Source: Spirochaetia bacterium
Lineage (GTDB): Bacteria; Spirochaetota; Spirochaetia; UBA9216
NCBI GenBank assembly: GCA_963675665.1
Contig: OY776510.1
Span: 1,408,001 to 1,472,000, forward strand
Length of the DNA: 64,000 nt
Direction of reading: 5' to 3'
Each line of letters begins with the position of its first letter. Within the stretch, counting starts at the first letter, position 1. The position numbers and the translations under genes were made by a program. Below are positions 28,815 to 37,928 of the stretch, one piece after another. The notes beneath the pieces were generated by a model that did not search any database, was not told where the DNA came from, and worked only from the letters and a program-made list of their open reading frames with translations.

Positions 28815-29447
28815 ATGGATCATTCTTACTGGGCATTTTTTATAATCACGGCAGTTGTTTTGAATATTACACCCGGTCCGGATATGATATACCTGATTAC
28901 CCAGTCGATGTCTTCCGGCAAGAGGGTCGGCTTTGCGTCCGTGCTTGGATTGGGGACCGGCGCCCTGATCCATACTCTTTTTGTTTCACTCGGTATTTCC
29001 GCAGTTATTTCAACATCTGTAGTTGTTTTCAGAGTCATGAAAATTATAGGCGCAGGGTATCTGTTTTATCTGGGGGCCCGGGCGCTTTTATGGGGAGGTC
29101 TGGATCTTTCCGGAGTTGGAAATAAAAAAGAAGACGGGTCTTTCTTTAAATCATTTATTAATGCGGTAGTTATAGACGTTACGAATCCCAAGGTCGCCGT
29201 ATTTTTTATGGCGTTTCTGCCCCAGTTCTATCGTGATAACGGTTCCTCGAGAATATCGCAATTTATGTTTCTCGGTATAGTGATAGTCCTGATCGGTTTT
29301 ATCGTTGAAAGCCTTATTGTCCTGCTCTCGGAACGGATTGCTGTTGTTCTTCGCAGGAAACCGATTGTTTCCGGAATTATCGACAAGCTGTTTGGTTCGG
29401 TTTTAATTGGTCTTGGTGTCAAACTGGTCCTGGAAGAACGGAGTTAA
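28815..29447 (+). CDS. LysE/RhtB family translocator
   Basis: ITPGPD, GAGYLFYLG, TNPKVAVFFMAFLPQF. Confidence 0.93.
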   Translation: MDHSYWAFFIITAVVLNITPGPDMIYLITQSMSSGKRVGFASVLGLGTGALIHTLFVSLGISAVISTSVVVFRVMKIIGAGYLFYLGARALLWGGLDLSGVGNKKEDGSFFKSFINAVVIDVTNPKVAVFFMAFLPQFYRDNGSSRISQFMFLGIVIVLIGFIVESLIVLLSERIAVVLRRKPIVSGIIDKLFGSVLIGLGVKLVLEERS

Positions 29448-29481
29448 ATATCCGCTTTGATTAACTCGGTGGTAATCCTTC

Positions 29482-30294
29482 TTATTCCATCTTTATCTCA
29501 ACCGGTTTAAGCTCCGTATTTTCTACTATCAGCCTGTAAATTTCAGCGGCGTTCTGTACAGCTTTGCCTTTATGATGGTTGTTGAACGCAATCAGCAGGC
29601 GTTTTACTTTTCCCGCGATATCGTCGATTCTGCAGAGCCAGGAATGAAGCTCGTGTTCGTTATACAGGTAATCATAACGGCTGGTGTTGTCGCCGTCCCA
29701 CCAGTTGTCGCGGTTGCGGCCGTGGAACCTGATGTAGCCGACATCTGATGTTGTCGTAGCCGTCGGCAGCGGAAGGTTGTCAAGCTCGGGGTTGTCGGTC
29801 TGGACAAAGCAGACCTGCCGTTCAGCAAATCCGTCATAGACCTTTTCAAGCATCCATTCGCGGTTGCGGAATTCCACGCAGAGCGGAAAGCCTTCAAGCG
29901 GTTTCAGTATTTCGGCGAGGTATTTCCGGTTTTCCGGGTTATAATGAAAGCTGTATGGAAACTGCAGCAGAACTGCGGCAAGCCTTTTTTCATCAAGCAT
30001 TGGCCTGACGGCGTGAAAAAACTCCTCCGCCTGATCAATCGAACCCGGTCCTCGTTCATGCGTAATGCTTTTATGCGCCTTGATAGCGAACTGGAACCCG
30101 GCCGGAGTCTCCTGAATCATTGAAAGCAGTCTTCCGCGCATCGGCATCTGGTAGTAACTAAAATTAAGTTCGCAGAACGGAAAGTGCCTGCTGTAAAAGT
30201 TTAAAAAGTGTTCTTTTCCGATGCCCGGCGGATACAGGGGGCCGACCCAGTCCTGATAATAGTATCCCGATGTACCGATAAGAATCTCCGTCAT
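29482..30294 (-). CDS. DUF72 family protein
   Basis: IGTSGYYYQDW, ELNFSYY, LLQFP, VEFRN, YIRFHGRN, YDYLY, FNNH. Confidence 0.93.
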   Translation of the reverse strand: MTEILIGTSGYYYQDWVGPLYPPGIGKEHFLNFYSRHFPFCELNFSYYQMPMRGRLLSMIQETPAGFQFAIKAHKSITHERGPGSIDQAEEFFHAVRPMLDEKRLAAVLLQFPYSFHYNPENRKYLAEILKPLEGFPLCVEFRNREWMLEKVYDGFAERQVCFVQTDNPELDNLPLPTATTTSDVGYIRFHGRNRDNWWDGDNTSRYDYLYNEHELHSWLCRIDDIAGKVKRLLIAFNNHHKGKAVQNAAEIYRLIVENTELKPVEIKME

Positions 30295-30395
30295 ACTTAC
30301 ATTATATTAAAACGGGCACAATCAGGCAAATTGATTTTTCCTGAGGGGTCTTTAAACCGTAGCCGGATTAATAATATATTTGATTAAGAGGATTT

Positions 30396-31262
30396 ATGGA
30401 AACCAGTTTTTTAACGGAAGAACAGATACTGAAGGCCTCAGGGGGCAGCCTGGATAAGCTTGTAAAGATATGGCATCGGGAAGTTAATTCCCCGGGAAAG
30501 GGACGGGTTGAAATTGTATTGAGGAACCGGCGTGATGGCAAAGATCCGGTTAACGGCGGGATACTGACCGAAGCCTCAATTCAGATCAAGGGAAACAGTG
30601 CCCGCCTGGTTATCTGGTATGATTCTCTTGAACTCTATTATGACGCCCGCATCGCTGAAACCGGCTACAGCAGGACCGTTATTGATGAAATTTCGAAGAT
30701 GCTGAAAGAAGAAAGGGGGCCGGGGCCGGATTATGACCCGGTGAGTAATCCGGAAAGGATCGACTGGGACAAGGTTTCCAGGCAGATAGGCCGCTGGCTT
30801 CTGAAATTCAGGGGATATAAAAAAATTCACAATGAAAACCGGAAATTTTATGAGCTGGAAACCTTTCTGAATCTTGAATGTGCTGTTCCGCCTCTTTATT
30901 CATTGTTTGATGAAGCAGACTACGACTGGAGCCGCGGAGAGTATAAACGGCTGGTAGATGTGCTTGAAGGGCTTGAAAATATGGAGGAACCGTCGAGACG
31001 GATAGACCGGGCGTTGAACGCGATGAGAATTGCCAACATTATGGATTTCAGCGCCGACTCCGGTAAAAAGATAGAGCTGGAATCGCTTCTGGAAAAACGT
31101 TTTAAATTGATCCTTGAATCCAGAGATAAGATAGATATGATAAAGAAAACAGTCGATATGACGTCTCCGGACGGAAATTTTGAGTTTAAAAGAAAACTGG
31201 TGCTCGGTTTCAGGATGCCCGGTACATGGACGTCATTTAATGAAGTTGCCGGTATTATATGA
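30396..31262 (+). CDS. Hypothetical protein
   Basis: 288-aa ORF with GAGG RBS; no recognisable motif. Confidence 0.7.
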   Translation: METSFLTEEQILKASGGSLDKLVKIWHREVNSPGKGRVEIVLRNRRDGKDPVNGGILTEASIQIKGNSARLVIWYDSLELYYDARIAETGYSRTVIDEISKMLKEERGPGPDYDPVSNPERIDWDKVSRQIGRWLLKFRGYKKIHNENRKFYELETFLNLECAVPPLYSLFDEADYDWSRGEYKRLVDVLEGLENMEEPSRRIDRALNAMRIANIMDFSADSGKKIELESLLEKRFKLILESRDKIDMIKKTVDMTSPDGNFEFKRKLVLGFRMPGTWTSFNEVAGII

Positions 31263-31282
31263 AAATACTATCGGCAACGGAT

Positions 31283-31370
31283 GGAATACGGGGCCCGGCT
31301 GCAGTTTCAAATATTAAGATAAGTCCCTGTATATCTCAATGACTGCAGTTCTCCGGGCCCTCTGTATTCC
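31283..31370. repeat. Long imperfect inverted repeat between convergent genes
   Basis: GGAATAC..GGCCCGG-CTGCAGT ... ACTGCAG..CCGGGCC..GTATTCC. Confidence 0.6.
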
Positions 31371-31403
31371 CTTTATTTATGCAATTCAGGGGGAGCGACT
31401 TTT

Positions 31404-32669
31404 TCAGCCGAAAACTTTTTTAAGGGCCTTTTCAAATCTATCGAGACCCTCGTCTATCTCTTCCGGGGTTACAACCAGAGGAGGTATCCATCTTATTGTA
31501 TTTCCGTAAGTTCCGCATCCCAGAAGAAGCAGGTTTTCTTCTTTCGCGGCGTTAATCACTGCTTTGGCGGATGCAGCATCAGGCTTGCCGTTTGATGAAA
31601 ACTCCGTGGCCAGCATGCATCCACGGCCCCGCACGTCTCCGATTGCAGGGTATTCTTTCTGAAGATCTCTAAGTCTTTTTACTAATTGAATTCCTCTTGC
31701 TGCTGCGTTTTCATCAAGCTTCTCTTCTTTCATTACCTGAACTGTGGCGGTGGCTCCTGCACAGGCTATGGTGTTGGCTGAATATGTTCCGCCGTGGCTG
31801 CCGGGCACCCACTTTTCCTGAAGCTCTCTCCTGTATGCAACCCCGGATATGGGTATCCCTGAACCCAACCCCTTTGCCATAGTCATTATATCGGGAGAAA
31901 TTCCTTCGTACTGGACAGCAAAAAACTTCCCGGTCCGGCAGAATCCGGACTGTACTTCATCAGCTATCATTAATATGTTGTTTTCATCACAAATCTCACG
32001 AACAGCTTTTAAAAATCCTTCCGGAGGAACTACATATCCGCCTTCCCCAAGTATGGGCTCGATTATTATCGCAGCCGTTTCGTCCGGTTTGGTCTGGCTC
32101 AAAAGAGTTCGTTTCAGTTCTTTAATGGCGAATTCGGATGTTGTTTCATCGTCCCATCCGTAATAATATGAATATGGATAAGGCGTTACAAAAATACCTG
32201 AAACCAGCGGAGAGTATCCTTCCCGGTAAACAGTTTTGCTTGTTGTCATCGCCATGGTAAGATGGGTCCGTCCGTGAAAACTTCCGTTAAAAACAATGAT
32301 ATTCGGTTTGCCCGTTGCATGTTTTGCCAGTTTAACTGCGCCTTCAACTGCTTCGGCTCCGCTGCTTGCGAAGAAAAATGTATCAAGGCCTTCAGGAACA
32401 ATCGGTTTCAGTTCTTTTACCAGATCGATTAGAGGCTGATGATATACAATATTAAACTGTCCGAAGATCATCTTTTCAGCTTGCTGCTGAATGGCTTTAA
32501 CGACTTTCGGATGGCAATGGCCTGTGTTGGTTACGCCGATTCCGCTTGTAAAATCCAGGTATTTGTTTCCTTCTTTGTCGTAAAACCAGCATCCTTTTGC
32601 ATGGTCGACCAAAACCTCGGTGGAATGTGTCCAGACTGATGATATTTCCTTTATTTCTTTTGGGTGCAT
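31404..32669 (-). CDS. gabT: 4-aminobutyrate-type class III aminotransferase
   Basis: LDFTSGIGVTNTGHCHP, SSGAEAVE, SFHGRT, EPILGEGGY, DEVQSGFCRTG, HGGTY. Confidence 0.8.
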   Translation of the reverse strand: MHPKEIKEISSVWTHSTEVLVDHAKGCWFYDKEGNKYLDFTSGIGVTNTGHCHPKVVKAIQQQAEKMIFGQFNIVYHQPLIDLVKELKPIVPEGLDTFFFASSGAEAVEGAVKLAKHATGKPNIIVFNGSFHGRTHLTMAMTTSKTVYREGYSPLVSGIFVTPYPYSYYYGWDDETTSEFAIKELKRTLLSQTKPDETAAIIIEPILGEGGYVVPPEGFLKAVREICDENNILMIADEVQSGFCRTGKFFAVQYEGISPDIMTMAKGLGSGIPISGVAYRRELQEKWVPGSHGGTYSANTIACAGATATVQVMKEEKLDENAAARGIQLVKRLRDLQKEYPAIGDVRGRGCMLATEFSSNGKPDAASAKAVINAAKEENLLLLGCGTYGNTIRWIPPLVVTPEEIDEGLDRFEKALKKVFG

Positions 32670-34087
32670 TTTTCCCTCCGTGCATAGTCTTCTCCAAAAA
32701 CCAGAAATTCTCTTTCCTCGGGAGTTATGTCTTTATAGAAATATTTTGCCATGGCCGCCAGAATGATTCCCAGGCCGATCCACCCGAATATCAGAAGCCA
32801 CTCATACGGCCATGCCAACGAGCCCGGCCCGATAGGAAGATAAAGTGTTATAAATATAAGGGTAATTATCAGGGCAATTCCGCCTACCAGTTTTCCTCTT
32901 TTCACTTTAAATGGTCTGGTAAGGTTTTTTTCATTTTTTCTCAGGAATAAAAATGAAAGGGCTACAAGGAAATATGCGATAACTGTTCCGAAGGCGCTTG
33001 CGTTGACAAACCAGACAAGAGCATTTTTTCCCATCAGAGGAGAAAGGCAGCAGATTATGCCGACAAGTATAATTGAAGCTGTCGGCGTTTTGTATTTGGG
33101 ATGAACCTTTCCGAATATTGCAGGAAGCATTTTGGCTCTTCCCATTGCAAACAAAACACGCGTCCCGCCTACTATAAAACCGTTCCAGCTTGTAAGAATA
33201 CCGCACATAGCTCCTCCGATTAGTATTTTACCGAATACCGGAGAACGGAAAGCAAATGCCATGGCGTCGGCTACCGGGACTACGCCGGAATTCCTGACCT
33301 CTGCCGGTGCGGAGAGGGAGATTCCAAGAATCATTAAAAAATACCACGATGCCGCCATTATTATTGAAACAATAAGTACGCCTGCAATCTGTTTCAGAGG
33401 AATATTCATCTCCTCGGCCGATTGGGGAATAACATCAAAGCCGACAAACATTGAAGGCGCCATAAGTAATACCGCAACCATTCCGCCTCCGCTGGTAAAA
33501 ACCGGAACCATGTTTTTTGTGTCGCCAAAAGCTACCCCGCCGAATATAAATAAAATTCCGACAAGCACCAGTCCTGCGGTAGCCATTACCTGAAAAATTG
33601 CTGATGTTTTTGCTCCCAGATAGTTTAAAATAGATAAAACTACAGCTCCGATTATGCCTATAATTGCCCAGGAGATATAAACTGAATACCCTGCAACGTC
33701 CCATAAGTGGCCTATGCTCGGAATGGGAAGCAAATAGTTGATAGCCGTGGAAATGGCGATGCCTTCCCATGCTGCTACTCCAATATAGGCAAAAGCTATT
33801 GCCCATGCGGTAACCCATGCCATATTATAGCCCATGCCCCGGTAGGCAAACACCATTTCGCCGCCTGCCAGCGGCAGGGCAGGGGTCAGCTCGGCATAGG
33901 TCAGCCCTACAAAGACGCACATAATTGCGCCGATGATGAAAGCCAGAATAGCTCCAACCACTCCAGCCTGCTGGACCCAGTAACCGGCCAGCATAACCCA
34001 GCCCCAACCTATCATTGTGCCGAAAGCCATGGCCAGGACGTCTGTTCTTCCAAGGACTTTACTCAGGCTTTTTCTTTCTTCTGCCAT
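32651..34087 (-). CDS. APC family amino acid/polyamine permease
   Basis: GTMIGWGW, YAEL, FVGFD, AEE, RVLFAMGR; AAGGAG RBS. Confidence 0.92.
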   Translation of the reverse strand: MAEERKSLSKVLGRTDVLAMAFGTMIGWGWVMLAGYWVQQAGVVGAILAFIIGAIMCVFVGLTYAELTPALPLAGGEMVFAYRGMGYNMAWVTAWAIAFAYIGVAAWEGIAISTAINYLLPIPSIGHLWDVAGYSVYISWAIIGIIGAVVLSILNYLGAKTSAIFQVMATAGLVLVGILFIFGGVAFGDTKNMVPVFTSGGGMVAVLLMAPSMFVGFDVIPQSAEEMNIPLKQIAGVLIVSIIMAASWYFLMILGISLSAPAEVRNSGVVPVADAMAFAFRSPVFGKILIGGAMCGILTSWNGFIVGGTRVLFAMGRAKMLPAIFGKVHPKYKTPTASIILVGIICCLSPLMGKNALVWFVNASAFGTVIAYFLVALSFLFLRKNEKNLTRPFKVKRGKLVGGIALIITLIFITLYLPIGPGSLAWPYEWLLIFGWIGLGIILAAMAKYFYKDITPEEREFLVFGEDYARREKCTQKK

Positions 34088-34121
34088 AAACACTCCTTAT
34101 TTTCTCGATTGGGAATGAGTT

Positions 34122-34137
34122 AGCAGGTTCTGTGCCA
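34122..34137 (-). promoter_or_regulatory. Sigma54 (-24/-12) promoter
   Basis: TGGCAC-AGAAC-CTGCT upstream of the APC permease, next to a sigma54 activator gene. Confidence 0.8.
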
Positions 34138-34247
34138 GTAGCGGCAGAATTGCCAAATAAAAACATAACTCATTGTAATATAAGTAAATAATAGATAAAC
34201 ATCTCCGGCGGGCCAATTGTATTTCTTATTCAGCCCGGCTAAATGAT

Positions 34248-34281
34248 GGAAATTAATTTCCAGGTATGGAAATTAATTTCC
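34248..34281. promoter_or_regulatory. Tandem perfect palindromes, candidate upstream activator sequences
   Basis: GGAAATTAATTTCC at 34248-34261 and 34268-34281 (20-bp period). Confidence 0.75.
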
Positions 34282-35624
34282 TAATTAATATTATATTCCT
34301 GGATCTTGTTAAAAAGTTGTCGCCTGCTTATTCCCAGTTTTTTTGCGGCAGCAGTTATATTATGCTGACAATTTTCCAGCATTTCGCAGATATATTCTGC
34401 TTCACGGTTTTTACGAAATTCAATCAGTCCCGGATGCTCGCGGGTTTCCACAATTTCCTGTTTTTTACCGGGAGGAAGGTCCCTGTTGCTGATTATACCG
34501 TTCTCGGAAAGAACACACAGCCTTTCTGTAAGGTTTTTCAATTCTCTGATGTTGCCGGGGTAGGAATAGCTTTCCAGAAATTCATAAACTTCAGGTTCAA
34601 TAAGAGAAATCCCTTTTTTTTGCTCTGAAGCGGTTTTCTGAAAGAAAAAATCAATAAGCATGCGCAAGTCTTCTTTTCTGTTTCTGAGCGGAGGGATGGT
34701 CATTGTTATTGTTCCGATACGGTAAAAAAGATCTTCCCGGAAATTTCCGATGGCCTTTTCTTCTTCTATGTGACGATTGGTTGCGCATATTAAACGGAAA
34801 TCGAGACTGATTTGGCGGTTGCTGCCTATTCGTTCTATGGTTTTTGTTTCCAGGACCCTTAGCAATTTGGACTGGGCGGAAAGAGGCAGTTCTCCTATCT
34901 CGTCAAGGAAGAGGGTCCCTCCCTCGGCTGCTTCCATCTTTCCTATGCGGGCTTCGGCAGCGCCGGTGAAAGCCCCTTTCTCATACCCGAACAGCTCCGC
35001 TTCAAGCAGGGATTCCGGTATGGCATGGCAATTAATCGGCATAAAAATATCTGAACTTCTCGGGCTAAGCTGATGAATCAACCTGGCTATGATTTCTTTT
35101 CCGACACCTGATTCTCCGAGAAGCAGCACAGGGCAGTTTGTCGCCGCGCTTTTCTCTGCAACCCTCAGAATTTCCCTGAATTCCGTGTTTCTTGTTTCAA
35201 GCATGAATTCGCTGAAAGGGCTTTCTCTTAAATAACTGCTTCTCCTGAGTTTTTTTATGCTGAATAATTTATCAACCTCCGTCAGAAGTTCTTCTACCGG
35301 ATTTCCTTTAATAACATATGTAAATGCCCCTATCTGCATTGCTCTTACAGCATCCTGAATTGTTCCGTAGCCGGTAATGATAATTACCTCGGTTTCAGGG
35401 AATAGTTTTTTTACTTTAAGAAGAAGATCAATACCGTTCATTTCGGCCATGATATAATCGGTTATCAGCAAATCAAAATTGGCAAATTCCAGTTCCTTTA
35501 AAGCAGTTATTGCATTAGAGCAGGTTTTTACCGAATATCCCTGTTTATTCAGGATAAAAGACAAGGTCTCAATTTGTTCAGGTTCATCATCAACTATCAG
35601 GATTCTAAAATGTTCTCTGTTCAT
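34281..35624 (-). CDS. NtrC/AtoC-family sigma54-dependent response regulator
   Basis: REC domain, GESGVGKE, GAFTGA, LFLDEIGE, FREDLFYR, Fis-type HTH. Confidence 0.95.
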   Translation of the reverse strand: MNREHFRILIVDDEPEQIETLSFILNKQGYSVKTCSNAITALKELEFANFDLLITDYIMAEMNGIDLLLKVKKLFPETEVIIITGYGTIQDAVRAMQIGAFTYVIKGNPVEELLTEVDKLFSIKKLRRSSYLRESPFSEFMLETRNTEFREILRVAEKSAATNCPVLLLGESGVGKEIIARLIHQLSPRSSDIFMPINCHAIPESLLEAELFGYEKGAFTGAAEARIGKMEAAEGGTLFLDEIGELPLSAQSKLLRVLETKTIERIGSNRQISLDFRLICATNRHIEEEKAIGNFREDLFYRIGTITMTIPPLRNRKEDLRMLIDFFFQKTASEQKKGISLIEPEVYEFLESYSYPGNIRELKNLTERLCVLSENGIISNRDLPPGKKQEIVETREHPGLIEFRKNREAEYICEMLENCQHNITAAAKKLGISRRQLFNKIQEYNIN

Positions 35625-37654
35625 ACATTATCCCTTATTAAATGCGGTCCGGGAATAAAAAACTCAAATAATGTGCCTTTATTAAGTTCGCTTGTAACGG
35701 TAATTTCTCCCCCGGCTTTTTGTATTTCGTAATAGGTCAGATACAACCCGAGCCCCGTTCCGGAATGTTTTTTTGTAGTAAAAAAAGGTTCGAATATTCT
35801 GTCTATATTCTCTTCCGGAATACCGTCTCCTGTATCTCTGCATTGAAAGAGTAGTCCGTTTTTATGCATCAGGCAGCACAGGGAAAGTGTTCCGCCGTTT
35901 TGCATCGAGTCGATTGCATTTGCTATAAGATTCATTAAAATTATTTCTATCGCTTCCTTGTGGATAAGACAGGATTCTTTACAGCAATCAATTTTTGTAG
36001 AGATGTTTTGTTTTTTCAAATCATTTTTATGGAAAAGAATTATCATGTTGATAATTTCATCCATGTTTACAGCTTCCCATTTCTCATCGCTGATGCGGGA
36101 AAAATTCAACAAATTGTTGATTATTCCGTTAGCTTTGTTTAAGGCTTTATTAATAAGGGCAAATTGCTTTTCTTTCACAATCGGTGATTCTCTTGCGGAC
36201 AGTTCTTCCAGGATGTAACAGGAATTCCTGACAAGAGCCAGCGGGTTCCTGATTTCATGGGCTACGCCGGCCGCCAACTGTCCGATTGCAGCCATTTTAT
36301 TATTCTGCAACAGTTGCCGTTCGCTCAGTTTTTGTTGAGTTACATCATTTATCAGAATTAAAACTTCCCGGCTGCTTTCCTGTTTCTGTTTCAACGGCAT
36401 CCCGGAGAATAGAAAAGCCCGTCCCTTTTCCCATATCTGTAAATGTTCTGATGACAAGGTTTCGGAAGAAAAGCTGCTGTTTCTTTCCTTGAACAGCGAA
36501 CTGATCTTTTCTTTCATCAATGAAGGTAATGAATCAATCTGCGTGAAAGTTTTTCCGATGCAATCGCTTTTCGGCAGCCCTGCAAACGAACAGAAGGCCT
36601 GGTTCGAGTTTGTGATTATTCCCTCTTCGTTAATAACAAGAATAAGGGCCTTCAGGCTGTCGAAAATTATCTGAAGGTTTTCTTTATTGTCCAGAATTTC
36701 ATCCGAGCGAAATTTCAGTTCCTTGTATACTCCCTTATGCGATGAATAAAAAAAATAAAAAATGATTATCAGGGACATGGATAGAATGATTATTATAATG
36801 GTGATACGCTCGCTTATATTCTCCCTGACAAGAGGCAAAGATAATCCGAACCACCGCCGCTGAAGAAGAACAAGCCTGTCTTCAAGCGTGCTGTTATGTA
36901 TAGTTTTATTAAGAATATGATACAAAATGACATTCTTCCTGTTTACGGCAAATACGAGATGAGTCTTATATTCATATATTGGCAATGGATCGAAATAATC
37001 TGAGACCTCTTTTTGTTCGAGTTGCCTTAGAATTACGGGTTCCCAGCCGGTGATGCCTTCTCCTTCCGAGTTGATAGTTAAATTGAAGCCTTCTTTCCAT
37101 GTTGAAAATGTTTCTCCAGGCATAAACAGTTCCTTTGTTTCTTCACGTGTAAAAAAAGAATCCTGTTGAAGGAAATTGATTCTGGACGGAGTTGTTTCAG
37201 ATGAGAGCCTTTTTAACACTATTCCGCGAACCTGTAAAAACGGATAGGAGAAAAGATAATTTTTTTCCATGGTCACAGTAGGAGCAAAAATGCAGAAATC
37301 AATCTCGCTGTTTTGTATGGCGGGGAATATTTGATCAGGGGAATATGGTTTAATCAATATACGGGTCTCGGTAAAACGTTCAATTTCGGTAAGCAGGTCC
37401 GGGATGATTCCAGTGGGTTTATTGTTTGTCGAATCCCAACCCTCCAGCGGGAACAGCTCTTCAGAAAGACCGTAAACAAGTTCTCCCCTGCTTTGCAGCC
37501 ATTGCTGCTCTTCCTTTGTAAACGGGGTTTCATCCTTAATGGCGGTCATAAGCCCCCTGCCTACATTTTGATGAAGACGCTGGTTGATTAACAATAGAAA
37601 AACCACAATGAAAACCGAGAATAGGAATATTATCCTGCTATATGGAATTTTCAT
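35621..37654 (-). CDS. Sensor histidine kinase with periplasmic PBP-like and PAS domains
   Basis: GVAHEIRNPL, NLIANAID, DTGDGI, FEPFFTTK, GTGLGL. Confidence 0.93.
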   Translation of the reverse strand: MKIPYSRIIFLFSVFIVVFLLLINQRLHQNVGRGLMTAIKDETPFTKEEQQWLQSRGELVYGLSEELFPLEGWDSTNNKPTGIIPDLLTEIERFTETRILIKPYSPDQIFPAIQNSEIDFCIFAPTVTMEKNYLFSYPFLQVRGIVLKRLSSETTPSRINFLQQDSFFTREETKELFMPGETFSTWKEGFNLTINSEGEGITGWEPVILRQLEQKEVSDYFDPLPIYEYKTHLVFAVNRKNVILYHILNKTIHNSTLEDRLVLLQRRWFGLSLPLVRENISERITIIIIILSMSLIIIFYFFYSSHKGVYKELKFRSDEILDNKENLQIIFDSLKALILVINEEGIITNSNQAFCSFAGLPKSDCIGKTFTQIDSLPSLMKEKISSLFKERNSSFSSETLSSEHLQIWEKGRAFLFSGMPLKQKQESSREVLILINDVTQQKLSERQLLQNNKMAAIGQLAAGVAHEIRNPLALVRNSCYILEELSARESPIVKEKQFALINKALNKANGIINNLLNFSRISDEKWEAVNMDEIINMIILFHKNDLKKQNISTKIDCCKESCLIHKEAIEIILMNLIANAIDSMQNGGTLSLCCLMHKNGLLFQCRDTGDGIPEENIDRIFEPFFTTKKHSGTGLGLYLTYYEIQKAGGEITVTSELNKGTLFEFFIPGPHLIRDNV

Positions 37655-37815
37655 TTCAGATACCTTTCAAAATCCTACTATGTTTTATGTTTTTGTCAAG
37701 TTAAAAACTTTTGGCTGTTTTTAATAGCTGATTTCATGGTATGGAAGGAAATCGGCAACCGCTGTTCAGACAACGGTATTGTAGCGTTCATTTCCGAGAT
37801 ATCTTTATACTCCTA

Positions 37816-37906
37816 TTGAATTTATATTGTTTTTTTACTACACTGCCTATCCAGAACAAAAAATGCAGAGCGTGTGTTTGAATTCGCGTTTTCTAACGAG
37901 TATAAT
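37816..37906 (+). promoter_or_regulatory. Tandem sigma70 promoters for fusA
   Basis: TTGAAT(37816)-17-TACACT and TTGAAT(37878)-17-TATAAT. Confidence 0.55.
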
Positions 37907-37928
37907 TACTTTGAGAGGTTTATATACA

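Noticed and set aside
34248-34281. Tandem repeat as a mini-CRISPR
   Set aside because: Two 14-bp units with a 6-bp gap and no cas genes; better explained as activator sites.
37728-37800. Possible structured RNA upstream of fusA
   Set aside because: Only short, competing stems; lies upstream of both predicted fusA promoters; no riboswitch signature recognised.
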